Of a stretch of 64,000 nt of DNA, positions 50,638 through 61,100 are shown piece by piece. The DNA is from Spirochaetia bacterium (GTDB lineage Bacteria; Spirochaetota; Spirochaetia; DSM-27196; Salinispiraceae). The stretch spans positions 288,001-352,000 of the forward strand of contig JBBRCZ010000001.1 of assembly GCA_038204425.1 (NCBI GenBank). The letters run 5' to 3'. Within the stretch, counting starts at the first letter, position 1; the number at the start of each line of letters is the position of its first letter. The translations under genes were made by a program, and so were the position numbers. Under the pieces are notes generated by a model. The model ran no database searches and had not been told where the DNA came from. It was given only the letters and a program-made list of their open reading frames with translations.

Positions 50638-53600
50638 TCAAGTTAAATTAAAAAACCTAGCCTGACTAATGAGCTTGTCGTTCCAGTAATTGTCTTTGCC
50701 ATAACACTTTCTGTTTGCTGGATCTTCTATTCGACTGGATCTTTCTTGAAAAAGTTTAATAGCCTTACCCAAAATTGTTTTTCTGTCATCATGATTTCCT
50801 TCGGCTGAAGTCTGCAAAACGTGCGCGTAAGCGTAGAGATAGAAATGTTGATACGGATCTACTTTGGCAGGCTTGAAGTTTCTTGAGAACGGAAGCAAAA
50901 GTGCTTGGCTTTGGCTATTTTGACCAAGTTTAGCTAAGGCAAGGCCACGATAGACTTGAGCGTGAATGCTTAGTATGTCCCCTGCTCCACCGGCCATAAT
51001 ACCAATATCTTCTAAAGACGCAAATCCGTCTTGCCAATTGATGCCTTCTGGAGTGTAGAGCTTGCCCTTGCTTGGAAGTGACTCAAAACTGGCGAGCTTT
51101 GTCAAGGCTAAATCAGCTTGGTCTTGAAGAAGCGCCTGTTCAGCTTGAAAGAATAATGATTCCCTTGTTTGCATAGTGCTAAAGATTTCTTGAGCCAGAC
51201 TGTGTTCACCTGCATATACATTTGCACGTGCTAACCAGGCCCTGGAAGTCTCAGCAGCATTCGCAATTGGAAAACTTTCAAAACTAGTACACAGTTTTTG
51301 GAAACTTCGGCAGGCTTCTTGATATTGGCCGAGTTCAAAATAGATTCTGGCGCGAATGAAATCCAAATAGGCTACAAATCGCATGAAGCCATGTTTCTGG
51401 CTGCCGAAATATATCCCCTGTGGGTCAGAAAGTGCGTTCAAAACCCTAGAAAAGTAGCCGTGAACAAAGGTAACTACTAAATCTGAGAATCCAGCCCATA
51501 GGTCTTCAAATATGGCACCTGCACCACTAGCGTTGTTGCGAGCGATGATAAAGTAGTCTTTGGCGTCCAGTAGGCGTTCTCTAGAAAGTAGGATATGCCC
51601 AAACAAAGTCTGAGACGCCGACAGTCCACTCTTGTCATTTAGCTCTTGGAATTTTATAACAGCTTTTTTAACCATAGTGTGCGCGTCATCTAGCTTTCCG
51701 CAGTGAAAGAGATAGCGGCTTTTTTGTAAGTTCCAATAGGCGTGGACGATGTCAGTTGCTTCTGTTTCATCAAGTCGTAAGCTTTCATGCGCTCGAGCTA
51801 GGTTTTTGTCCGCTTGTAACAATAGACTTCTGGCGTTGAAGTAGCCAAGCGCTGCTTCCATCTTTTGGCTAACTTGGCCGTCTTTTAAATTTCGCTGGTA
51901 GACTGCCATATGGTTTAGAACTTGCGAGCAGGTTTCAAAATTTAACGCATTTAGTAGTTGCTGGGCAAAAAGAAAACTAATTTCAAAAAAGTTCTCTGGG
52001 CTCGCGATTTCAGAAAGCAGGAGAAAAGAATCAAGTCTAATTGGCAAACGAGAAGCCTTAAACCGTTCAAACAGAAAAATGTCCAGAGCCTGCCTGATTT
52101 CGATTGCCTTGTCCGATAGCATGGCTTCAATTGTTTCGATGCCCTGATCAAACGTTGGAAACAAAAGTTCTTCATCTCTAATCAAGCCAAGTTGTTTGAG
52201 CATATGAACTAGGCCCGGATGTCTAATTTTCTCAATCTTTAGGACTTCCAGAAAATCGAAAAAATCTCGAAGGTTCAAAAAACCGAAGGTGAGCACGATC
52301 ACATAGTATACTTCTGAAAGTACCGGGTCTGAGACTGACAAAAGCGCCCTTAAGATGCTTTGATTGATTTTGAAGGGCGAGAGTCCTTCGATGTCTAGGG
52401 CTATTGATAAGTCGGCATTGGCTTGGAGCTGACTAGATTTTCCGACTAAGTAACGAAGAATGGATGCATTTCGTGCATCTACATGTTCAAGTTCTGCCAT
52501 GGTTGCTAATGCTTGAGGCAAAGACTTACTATCTAGACCAAGCAATCGCAGATCAAACCAATTGTTGGCCTTAATTTCCACACTGCGCAGTTTTGATATA
52601 CCATCAGGAATGTCTTCAGGTTCTAGTCCGGAATAGACAAGTAAAAAAGTTGCTTGGTCGTTACTCTTGCAAATTGAATCAACGCAACGGTCTAGACAAT
52701 CAAGTGCTTGTTTGCTTAAAAGGTGTTTTCTTTCGATGTGAACTATCAGCGGATTTTGATGATGTTTGTTTTGTCTAAGCAATGCCAGAAAAAAAAGTTC
52801 AAAGGATTGTTCAAAAAGTTCGAGCGGGTATTCAGGAGGGATTATACTAAGTTGAAGTCCCGAAATCGTTGAGCTAGCATTTTGTATTAAAAAGTGACTA
52901 CATTCATGCCAACGTAAACGTTCCTCAGCACTCATGTGGAGCTCTATTTTGTCTCGATTGAGCGGAAACAAGGCCCTTGTAAGGGCTACAGGCACAGGAT
53001 CATCCTGGTCTTGGCCAAGAATCCAAAAAAAATCACGCGCTTCTTCGGTACCCAAAATAGATATTATGGCTTGGTGAACCAATTCACCAAGGCTCCGTTC
53101 TTCAACGCTTGAAAAATAGACGATGTTTTTGCCTTTGCGCGCGGTTCCCAAGGCTGCTTTGAGGCGAGGGATAATGCTGCTTTTTTGTAGGCTTGTCTCA
53201 AAGAATTGATAGACCAAGTCGTAGTCTTCTTGATCCGCTTCACGCTTACCGATGGCCTTATAGAGCTTACCTGCCCTTTCAATGACTAAGAATTTTTGAA
53301 GAATTTCAAAAGCGTTGGGGCCAATCCAAACACATTCGGATTCTTTGCTAGTTAATAAGGTCGAACAAAGTTGCCGAATACTTTCGTCATCATCTGAAGA
53401 CGACTCCATTAAGAGAGAAAACCCAAAAAGTTCTTGTCTAAGATTGACCAAAACATCTCTAATCGAAAATAAAGATTCAATCAAAAAAAACGTATCGGAC
53501 GGACGATGAATCTGGTAGGTCAATAAATGTTTTCCTTGACCTAGATCAAGGTACTTTGCGCCTTGAAGCAAGGCCAAATTTTTTAGACTTTCCACTAAGT

Positions 53601-53670
53601 CAACGATTTTTTGTCGCTTAATGAGCAGAAGTTGTTTTTGATTGTGAATTTCGACAAGTAACTGGTACAC
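50638..53670 (-). CDS. Large TPR protein, possibly with a degenerate cyclase-like/STAND-NTPase N-terminal half
   Basis: 1010 aa. C-terminal TPRs (RARIYFELGQYQEA, WLARANVYAGE). The N-terminal similarities are weak and judged by eye. Confidence 0.7.
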   Translation of the reverse strand: MYQLLVEIHNQKQLLLIKRQKIVDLVESLKNLALLQGAKYLDLGQGKHLLTYQIHRPSDTFFLIESLFSIRDVLVNLRQELFGFSLLMESSSDDDESIRQLCSTLLTSKESECVWIGPNAFEILQKFLVIERAGKLYKAIGKREADQEDYDLVYQFFETSLQKSSIIPRLKAALGTARKGKNIVYFSSVEERSLGELVHQAIISILGTEEARDFFWILGQDQDDPVPVALTRALFPLNRDKIELHMSAEERLRWHECSHFLIQNASSTISGLQLSIIPPEYPLELFEQSFELFFLALLRQNKHHQNPLIVHIERKHLLSKQALDCLDRCVDSICKSNDQATFLLVYSGLEPEDIPDGISKLRSVEIKANNWFDLRLLGLDSKSLPQALATMAELEHVDARNASILRYLVGKSSQLQANADLSIALDIEGLSPFKINQSILRALLSVSDPVLSEVYYVIVLTFGFLNLRDFFDFLEVLKIEKIRHPGLVHMLKQLGLIRDEELLFPTFDQGIETIEAMLSDKAIEIRQALDIFLFERFKASRLPIRLDSFLLLSEIASPENFFEISFLFAQQLLNALNFETCSQVLNHMAVYQRNLKDGQVSQKMEAALGYFNARSLLLQADKNLARAHESLRLDETEATDIVHAYWNLQKSRYLFHCGKLDDAHTMVKKAVIKFQELNDKSGLSASQTLFGHILLSRERLLDAKDYFIIARNNASGAGAIFEDLWAGFSDLVVTFVHGYFSRVLNALSDPQGIYFGSQKHGFMRFVAYLDFIRARIYFELGQYQEACRSFQKLCTSFESFPIANAAETSRAWLARANVYAGEHSLAQEIFSTMQTRESLFFQAEQALLQDQADLALTKLASFESLPSKGKLYTPEGINWQDGFASLEDIGIMAGGAGDILSIHAQVYRGLALAKLGQNSQSQALLLPFSRNFKPAKVDPYQHFYLYAYAHVLQTSAEGNHDDRKTILGKAIKLFQERSSRIEDPANRKCYGKDNYWNDKLISQARFFNLT

Positions 53671-53672
53671 GA

Positions 53673-54902
53673 CTATAACTCAACAATTGGATCATCAGAA
53701 AATGGATCGAGTTGCTTGCTACCATAGAGTGCGGAAATGATAAAATCATAGTCACTAGGATCGATATCGATAAATTTGATACCGACGTAAATTCTACCAC
53801 TGTCTTGAAATCTTCTCATAACTCTTCCTTTAATGTTGATTGTCTTTTTGTCGAGACCAAGTTTGAGATCAACATCGGTAAAAAGATCTAGTGCCGGTCC
53901 ATTTACTGGCATACAAAACAAGAGGCCCGATCCGCTTACGTCAACGAGTTCTGATTTTTCAAATTGTTCGCGGACGGGTGACAATTGAAAGTACCCATTC
54001 TGATGCAAGCTGTAGGACAGTAGTCTGGAAAACTGATTCACAAATTCTAAAGTGTTAAGTGAAAAAGGTGTCGTTTGTAGCTCCGACCTCATCAAATAAA
54101 TGTAGCCAACCACATATTGTTTAAACAGTAGAGGGCAGTATAGCTCATGCCAAATCTTTTTGTGAAACATGGATTCCACATATTGTGATAAACTTTGGCT
54201 TAAAAGCAATGAATCTCTTCCCGATGCTTTGAAAATTCTGGATAGATCGTCTTGGTCTAAAATTTTATAGAGCGGGCCTTCTCTCTGTGAGCTTATGGCT
54301 GCGCCATCAGAAAGTGGCAGTAACAAGGTTCTTCCAGACCAGGCCAGCAACTCCTCCGGAATCAAGTTTGGCTTTCGTTCGCGGAACATTATTATCTTGT
54401 TTTCGGATGAAAAGGACTGTGCCTTTTCGCGGAATGTTTTGAGCAAGTTAGTTATTTTTTGTGCGTCAAATTTTATATTGACCGACGGTGGTTCGGGTTC
54501 ATAATATTCTTCACTGTCGTCCAAATCCATTTTGTACTCTACGCCCTCCAATAATAAGGCAAGCGAAATATGTATCGAAGGACGAATTCGTTCAAATCCG
54601 CGGCTTAAGTCGCGATAAAGCACCTCAGGAAGCGTTGCAGTCAGTTGTTCTTCGTCATAAGAAACACCTATCAGTCTGCACGTAATTCTGGTACCTTTAA
54701 ATGGAATGTACAAGTCAGCACTAGCCAAATCCTTTTTTTTGGGTTTTTCTGAATCGAATCGGAAATATACCTTCTTCTCATCGACTTTAATCAAAAATGA
54801 TCGGATTCTTTGTTCGGCAAGTTGTAATTCAACAAAACTTTTTTGATCAAGTAATGACTTGAATATGAATTCCTTTTCTATCCGAGAAATCTTTATTGCC
54901 AT
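53673..54902 (-). CDS. PilZ-domain protein (spirochaete DUF1577-like)
   Basis: RGFER (RxxxR), a central GAF-like segment (YCPLLFKQYVVGYIYL), and C-terminal DVSGSG ... GRVMR ... GIKF. Start at ATG 54902. Confidence 0.82.
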   Translation of the reverse strand: MAIKISRIEKEFIFKSLLDQKSFVELQLAEQRIRSFLIKVDEKKVYFRFDSEKPKKKDLASADLYIPFKGTRITCRLIGVSYDEEQLTATLPEVLYRDLSRGFERIRPSIHISLALLLEGVEYKMDLDDSEEYYEPEPPSVNIKFDAQKITNLLKTFREKAQSFSSENKIIMFRERKPNLIPEELLAWSGRTLLLPLSDGAAISSQREGPLYKILDQDDLSRIFKASGRDSLLLSQSLSQYVESMFHKKIWHELYCPLLFKQYVVGYIYLMRSELQTTPFSLNTLEFVNQFSRLLSYSLHQNGYFQLSPVREQFEKSELVDVSGSGLLFCMPVNGPALDLFTDVDLKLGLDKKTINIKGRVMRRFQDSGRIYVGIKFIDIDPSDYDFIISALYGSKQLDPFSDDPIVEL

Positions 54903-55633
54903 GCTTTTTTGCGCATCCTTTCTTGTAAATCGCGACTGGTTGCATCCGGTACGCCATCTCCCGTCCAACCAAGACTCGATCCTTGGTCACGAAAATAGGC
55001 ATCGGTAACGTTATAGTTTCCTTTTTCGCTCTTGTTAAGGTAGATATCAAGGTATTTTGCCTCGTTGACACCTGACAAATAAACAGCTAACGCAAGTTCA
55101 TTATCATCGACCTTAATTATAGTAAGAAAACGAATGGAAGAAAATGTCAACAAGAAATTTTTTGTAGTGTTGCTTGGTTTAGCGAGCTGCAGACTCAATT
55201 GAGGCGCGTAGTTGGGCGCCTTTAAGGTATCCTGGGCATAGTCTTTGCAAAAAGTCTTTATCACCAACGATAAGTTTTGGTAAGACAGCCCCTTGGTTTG
55301 GCTAAGATCGACCAAGGGACCCTTGGTCCGGTCAGAGGCTGAAATCGGTTTAGTAAGCACGAGATCACGTGCGAATTGTCTCAGGAATGGCATTAAAGTG
55401 TCACTATTATTTGGTTCAGTTAAGGATTTGACTGGTAAGCTAGTAGTCGTGGTTGAACTAGTGGTACTGGTGATCAAACCTAGCAGGACCTGCATACTTT
55501 CAATACTAAGATCTGTTGGTACCGTTGTTGTGCTGCTTGATGAACTTGGTCCTGGGCGTTGGCATGCTTGACTCAAAAAAAGTGCAAGTACAAGCAAGGG
55601 TATCACTTGGGTCAAATAGAGCAAACGTTTCAT
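54893..55633 (-). CDS. Putative lipoprotein with Ser/Thr-rich linker
   Basis: MKR plus hydrophobic stretch plus LSQAC lipobox, then SSSSTTT repeats. Confidence 0.7.
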   Translation of the reverse strand: MKRLLYLTQVIPLLVLALFLSQACQRPGPSSSSSTTTVPTDLSIESMQVLLGLITSTTSSTTTTSLPVKSLTEPNNSDTLMPFLRQFARDLVLTKPISASDRTKGPLVDLSQTKGLSYQNLSLVIKTFCKDYAQDTLKAPNYAPQLSLQLAKPSNTTKNFLLTFSSIRFLTIIKVDDNELALAVYLSGVNEAKYLDIYLNKSEKGNYNVTDAYFRDQGSSLGWTGDGVPDATSRDLQERMRKKAWQ

Positions 55634-55701
55634 TATTAAAGAATATCATGAAGATTAGCTACTGTGATAGATTGGTCAAGCGCAGCAAAATAGGCTATGG
55701 T

Positions 55702-56988
55702 ATGATCGTGAGTTTAGTTGATCAAATTACTAGTTTTGTTGAGTCTCCTGAGTCCAAAGCAATCCGGGATCCACTTTGGGGACATGTCTATATTCCTCGC
55801 AGTTTCGCCCCGCTCTTGGAGACGAAGGCCTTTCTCAAGTTAAGGGGCATTTTGCAGCTTGGCCCTGCCCATTTAGTCTACCCAGGCGCAACACATACTC
55901 GCTTTGCACACAGTCTTGGCGTATATTGGATTGCTTTTCGCTACCTAAAGCGCTTGCTTCAAGTTGGTATCAACTGTGAAATGCTTACGTTCAAAGGTGC
56001 GCAGTCTTTCCTTCTGGCCGCTCTTATGCATGACCTAGGGCATTTTCCTTATACCCATAGTCTTAAGGAACTTCCCTTGCTGGACCACGAAGAGTTGACC
56101 GCACAGCTCATCCAAGAAGCTGAGATTTCCAATATCATTAGTTCACTAGGGTTAAATGTTGTCATGCTTTCGGCAATCGTAGACCATGCAATGCCACTGG
56201 AAGACAAGCAGTACCTCTTTTATAGGCAACTTCTATCTGGCGTGCTTGACCCAGACAAACTAGACTACCTCAAAAGAGATGCTTGGTATTGTGGAGTGCC
56301 CTATGGAGTTCAGGACCTAGATTACTTACTCTCCCAGGTTTTCATTAGTGAAAAAAAAGTCCCCACTTTGTTAACCGGCGCGGTGTCTGTGGTTGAGCAT
56401 CTTTTGTTTTCCAAGTATCTCATGTACAAAGCGGTCTATTGGCATCGTGATGTTAGGGTAGCAACTGCAATGATCAAGCGAGCCCTGTTTCTCGGTTTAC
56501 GCAACAAAAAAATTCTGGCTAGGGATTTGTACAACTTGGATGATGCAGAGTTTTTTTTGCTTGCTCAAAACAGAGACTATGCCCCATTCGATTTGATTGA
56601 GTTAGTAAAAGCAAAAAAACTCTTTGAAGTTATTTTTGAAGTTTCATTTTCCGACCTCAATGTTACCGTTCAAGAACAAGTTATGACGTTAGAAACCAGA
56701 TCTCAGCTTGAGTTGGCAATTGCCAATGCAATACTTGAGCCTGGATTTAGTGAATATGATCTAATTATGGATGTACCAGAAAACATCAGTTTTGAACAGA
56801 ATTTTCCAATCGGCGAATATAGAGAGTCCAGCACTGAGCTTAACAACGGTAGTGTCTTTACTGGCTCTGTGGTTGAAGAGTTTACTCAAAAACTTAGAAT
56901 TGCGAGAATCATGGTCTCAAACAAGTCTCTGCTTAGATCTGGGGACTATCTTACCAAAATTAAAACCATGCTTCAACTGATAGGCTGA
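55702..56988 (+). CDS. HD-domain phosphohydrolase (dNTP triphosphohydrolase/SAMHD1-like family)
   Basis: RDPLWG, QLG, HTRFAHSLG, HDLGHFPYTH, DPDKLDYL and MYKAVYWH motifs. Start at ATG 55702 or GTG 55708. Confidence 0.9.
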   Translation: MIVSLVDQITSFVESPESKAIRDPLWGHVYIPRSFAPLLETKAFLKLRGILQLGPAHLVYPGATHTRFAHSLGVYWIAFRYLKRLLQVGINCEMLTFKGAQSFLLAALMHDLGHFPYTHSLKELPLLDHEELTAQLIQEAEISNIISSLGLNVVMLSAIVDHAMPLEDKQYLFYRQLLSGVLDPDKLDYLKRDAWYCGVPYGVQDLDYLLSQVFISEKKVPTLLTGAVSVVEHLLFSKYLMYKAVYWHRDVRVATAMIKRALFLGLRNKKILARDLYNLDDAEFFLLAQNRDYAPFDLIELVKAKKLFEVIFEVSFSDLNVTVQEQVMTLETRSQLELAIANAILEPGFSEYDLIMDVPENISFEQNFPIGEYRESSTELNNGSVFTGSVVEEFTQKLRIARIMVSNKSLLRSGDYLTKIKTMLQLIG

Positions 56989-56992
56989 AACT

Positions 56993-57484
56993 ATGAAAAA
57001 TTCACGCATACTGCTCGAACGAGTTAGACGAACTCAGATTCTATGCAAAGAGTTGGCTTATATAATTGATGACGAAGAGCTGGATGAGCTTTCATTTGCT
57101 GCCACAATTCATAACCAAGATGGTGATGAATTTGCAATTTCGATTGAAGCAGATTCAAAATTCTTAGAGTTTGCCTTCACCTTTCTGTTCCCAGCTGGTT
57201 TTCATGACTTCATTCGAGATCGAATGGAAGAGTTTCTTCAAATTTGTTACCAATATGGTTGTTATACCGCTATCATTGCTCATGAAGATGAAATTGCAGT
57301 CTCAGTTTTTTCCAAGTTGTATTTTGCTGGTTTGCAGTACTATGCTTTAAAAGAGACACTAAGGGACTTACGGCATGCAGTGAAAGAAATTGAAGAACTC
57401 TATGACGTCAACAATGTGTTAAAAGGAGGCGATAACGATGGACCTGCTGAACCTAATGGAAGACAAAGTGATCCAAGTCGTTAG
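56993..57484 (+). CDS. Acidic hypothetical protein (YbjN/T3SS-chaperone-like fold suspected)
   Basis: 163 aa with an alpha-beta-beta-beta-alpha-beta-beta-alpha pattern by eye. Starts 4 nt after the HD gene. Confidence 0.6.
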   Translation: MKNSRILLERVRRTQILCKELAYIIDDEELDELSFAATIHNQDGDEFAISIEADSKFLEFAFTFLFPAGFHDFIRDRMEEFLQICYQYGCYTAIIAHEDEIAVSVFSKLYFAGLQYYALKETLRDLRHAVKEIEELYDVNNVLKGGDNDGPAEPNGRQSDPSR

Positions 57485-58181
57485 TGAAATTTGCGATGAG
57501 GAAGAACAACGGGGTACGTCTCTTTTTTGCACTACCGAACAGTGTAGAACAGATGTAGCTTGTTTTGTACTCAACCGAATTCCGCAGCGTTATGTGAGTT
57601 CGGGGCGGGGTTTTGCGTACTTGGAAAGTGATCTCAATAAAAACATGCAGATACATGTAGATTTAGTCACCCTTGTACATGAAGGACTACAAAGGGTCTC
57701 AGATATTCAACGAAGCTTTTATCACGACAAAGAAATTTCCAGTTTGGAACTTGAAGCTGCTGATTCGTATATCTTCCCACTGATTAAGGGAAGATTGTTT
57801 AGTGCATCAAATTTTGAACCGCTAAGCAATGGTCTGGTTAGACTGAGCTCGGAAGGAAAACCGCTGGCCTCCATCGACGGCACATGGACAAATCCTTACC
57901 CCTTAATGACTAACAACCCCGGGACTTTTCTTTTTAGACCAGAATCAAAGGTCTGTCCGAATAAAGATAAAGACGAGACTATTGAATTGACACTTAGTTA
58001 TGCACACGATGACTTTGAGGCATTTAGTCATACATTTTCTTTGGTGCTTAGCCGCTCAAGTAATCGCAGTCCACAGGAGAGAATCGCCCAACACGATTTA
58101 GGTGATTTGTTAGTTATCCCAAAGGCAGGCGACGAATATGAAATGCAGTTAAGTCTTAGTGATCCGGATGAGCCGACGTAA
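57438..58181 (+). CDS. ComFB family protein with a C-terminal beta-sandwich extension
   Basis: NLMEDKV...CTTEQCRTDVACFVLNRIPQRYV matches the ComFB pattern. SD AGGAGG. Confidence 0.85.
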   Translation: MDLLNLMEDKVIQVVSEICDEEEQRGTSLFCTTEQCRTDVACFVLNRIPQRYVSSGRGFAYLESDLNKNMQIHVDLVTLVHEGLQRVSDIQRSFYHDKEISSLELEAADSYIFPLIKGRLFSASNFEPLSNGLVRLSSEGKPLASIDGTWTNPYPLMTNNPGTFLFRPESKVCPNKDKDETIELTLSYAHDDFEAFSHTFSLVLSRSSNRSPQERIAQHDLGDLLVIPKAGDEYEMQLSLSDPDEPT

Positions 58182-61100
58182 GACTAAGAATGTTCTTTTA
58201 ATGAAGCTGCAAGTTTGGCTCTGCATTGCAACTGCGCTCTTCTTACTGCTCTTACCAGAACTGCTGATGGCTCAGACATCGGTAAATGCGCCTCCTGACG
58301 AAGCTACCAGTACCTACATAGAAGAACAACTCAAGATAATAGAGGCAGAACAGAGCAAACGAGCACTATTTTCGGCTTCAATCGGTGATGCCAATGTTGA
58401 GTTCTTCTTATCTGGCAGCTGGCGGACAGGAATAGGCGCTTCGTTGATTGTTCCGCTTGGCAATCTCCCCAACAACAAGGACTATTTAACCGGTTTTACT
58501 GATGAACCTTGGTTTAATCAAGCCAAGCTACTGTTAAGTGTTTGGTACGACCAAAAATTTTTCTTGGACCTTAGTATTTCAGAAACTGAAATCGCTGATC
58601 GATTTTTGCTGGGATACAAAGATATTAAACAACAAGATGGACTCTATCAGTGGCTACTGGGAAATCAAGAAATTGGTGTTCCAAATTATGGCCAGGTCCC
58701 CTTCTCACTTGGGGCCGACAGTTCGCCTGGCACACTTTTTTCTCTTCGAAACGAGAATGCAGAGCTTCACTTAATGTCAAGAATCGTCGGCCGGTCAAAC
58801 ATAGTAGAATACTTTAAAGGTGTGGCACCGCAGAATAAGTTAGTGATTAAGCCCGAAAGCTTCAGAAAAGGTCAGTTTTTTGTTGGTCCCTATCAAAAAA
58901 CATCCTCGATGCTGGTCTATGTACAATCAACACAAGGCAGTCTAGCATCTGATGGTAATTATTACCAAGTCATGACACCAGAAGACTTTCTCTATTTCGT
59001 GCCCGAACAATCAAAATTTGGACTAAAGAAAAATGCAAGCAGTCGCGTGATTTTGGTTTACCAAACTGCCGGGGATGCAAGCCCTCAATTGTTCGCCAAT
59101 ATAGAAAATAGCGGCGATTTTAATTTTGGCAGCCCAATTGAGTTTTCTTTGTTAGATGAAAGCTTGTTTGCCACCAAAGTTTTGCGCCCACTGGCAAGCT
59201 ACTATGGCTGGAATTTAGATACTATTTCTGCCAACCCTTCTGACTTGTTTCTTACCATTGAAGGAAATGTAGGTTTGCTAATTTTTGAGCCAGGCCTCTT
59301 CTCTCCATTTGAAGACTATTCTTGGTATTCCTCTGGTGGTTTAAATGGTCAAATTGAGCTTAGCTCCAGCAACGGAATCATTTTTCCTTCTCAAGTGCGC
59401 TTTTCTTTTTTGCAGGTCATAGCGCAAGGGAGTCAGGATGCTTTGCTAGCGCGTTACCCTTTGATTCAGACTGACCTTGGTGACTTATATCTGCCAACAG
59501 GCATTGCACCTAGCCACAGCTATCTTGAGGCCTTGGCTGCACAAGGAAAGGCTGGGAACGTCCTAAACCTCAGTCAGAAAGCTTTGCCAGCAAGTATAAA
59601 CGTTAAAGTCAATGGACTTATTAATTATGTTTGGCAACTAGACGACCAAGGTAGAAACTTGAGTCTAAACACCGTTGAGGCTCGAGATACGGTGATTGTC
59701 AGCTATCAAATAGACGAAAAAAACTCTTTGTCCAGAAGTCTGCAAGTCGCTGCCTCGGGCAAATATAGTCTAAGTCCGCTTGACCAGCTTAAAGCCGGCA
59801 TAGCGATGGAAGTGCCGATTTTAACTGACCCTCTCAACCAAAGTATAAGTAATGGCATTGTGGCAAGTGGGATTGAATTTGAACACACAAGTCTGGACAA
59901 GCTCTTTAGGCTCAATCTTAGCACTAATTTTTCCGTTACTATTCCCGATAGCTCTCGACTTGTAACACTGCAAAGCTACGAAGACGATCAGTACGTTTTC
60001 TTAACCGATGAGGCCATAGCTTTACCTTCGGCGCTTCCTAGTCTGTCTCAGATTAATGCAGCGATTTCGCAAGGAAGCTATCTTACCCAAAATGCAAGCC
60101 AGAATCCTGGACCGCCGTTAAGTGAGTTTGGCCAAGCAAATCGAGCGTTTTCAGTAAAAAAAACAATTGCTCACACTAGCGGACAGTTGGCTGGTTGGCG
60201 CAGCGACGGTGACTTGTCAACGCAAACTATCCCTGCGGAAGTTGGGCCCTATCTGGCAAATAATGAAGGCGATGATCCTTTCTATAGTAATGTATTGGTA
60301 AGCAGTTTTTTGGCTTCAGCTGATCGCAATACGGCAAGTTTTGAACTTAGACTTCCCTTTGAAAATCGTAGTCTACTGGACCAGACCAAAGGTATTGAGT
60401 TTTGGGTGAGAACACCATTTACTGATGCAGATCTTGATCTTTTTGTCCAAGTTGGTATTTTGAGCGAAGACCTAGATCAGGACAATCAATTAGACCAACT
60501 AGATTCAAATTTACAAGGCTTAATTCTTAGACATCCTGATTGGATTGAATCCGTCATTGTCAAAAACAATGAACGCGACATTCTGGCCAAAGGTGAAGAC
60601 CGCAATGGCAATGGAATATTGGAACAAGAAAATAGCAATGCGGTCGATACCCGCTACGTTGGTAGACTAAATGCTTCGAGTTCTGGTGTATGGCGTAAAG
60701 TCGTCATTTCAAGACTCAATCCAGGTAGTCAGGGCGCGGCTCAAGCGATTAGATTTTTTTTTAGAAGTGCCGACAACAATCAAGATGGCACAGCTGACGA
60801 TGCTCTGTCTGGTACGGTGCTTTTGGGCGGGTTCTCATTGCTACTTCCTATTCCAGACTCCACCCAAAGCTCAAGTGCGACGGTAAGTTCGAGTATTTCT
60901 GACAACGTTTCACTACAAAATACGCTTAATTCAAACTTTCCAAGCGCATCGAGCAATGGTTCAAAGATGGCTTCAGTAGTCTATCAGGCAAATCTGGGTG
61001 AACAGATAAGTATTCGCCAAAATATAGGAAACAGAACGCTTGATGACGGTTCACTACTAACCTGGTTCGCTTTCTTTGATGATAACCAAGCCCCGCCCTC

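Noticed and set aside
50491..53670. tRNA-Met or the tRNA cluster as an island integration site
   Set aside because: No integrase, no duplicated tRNA 3' end and no obvious composition shift was seen.
55702..56988. HD dNTPase as an anti-phage defence gene
   Set aside because: It resembles the widespread housekeeping HD family, and no defence or mobile genes surround it. This cannot be excluded without a search.
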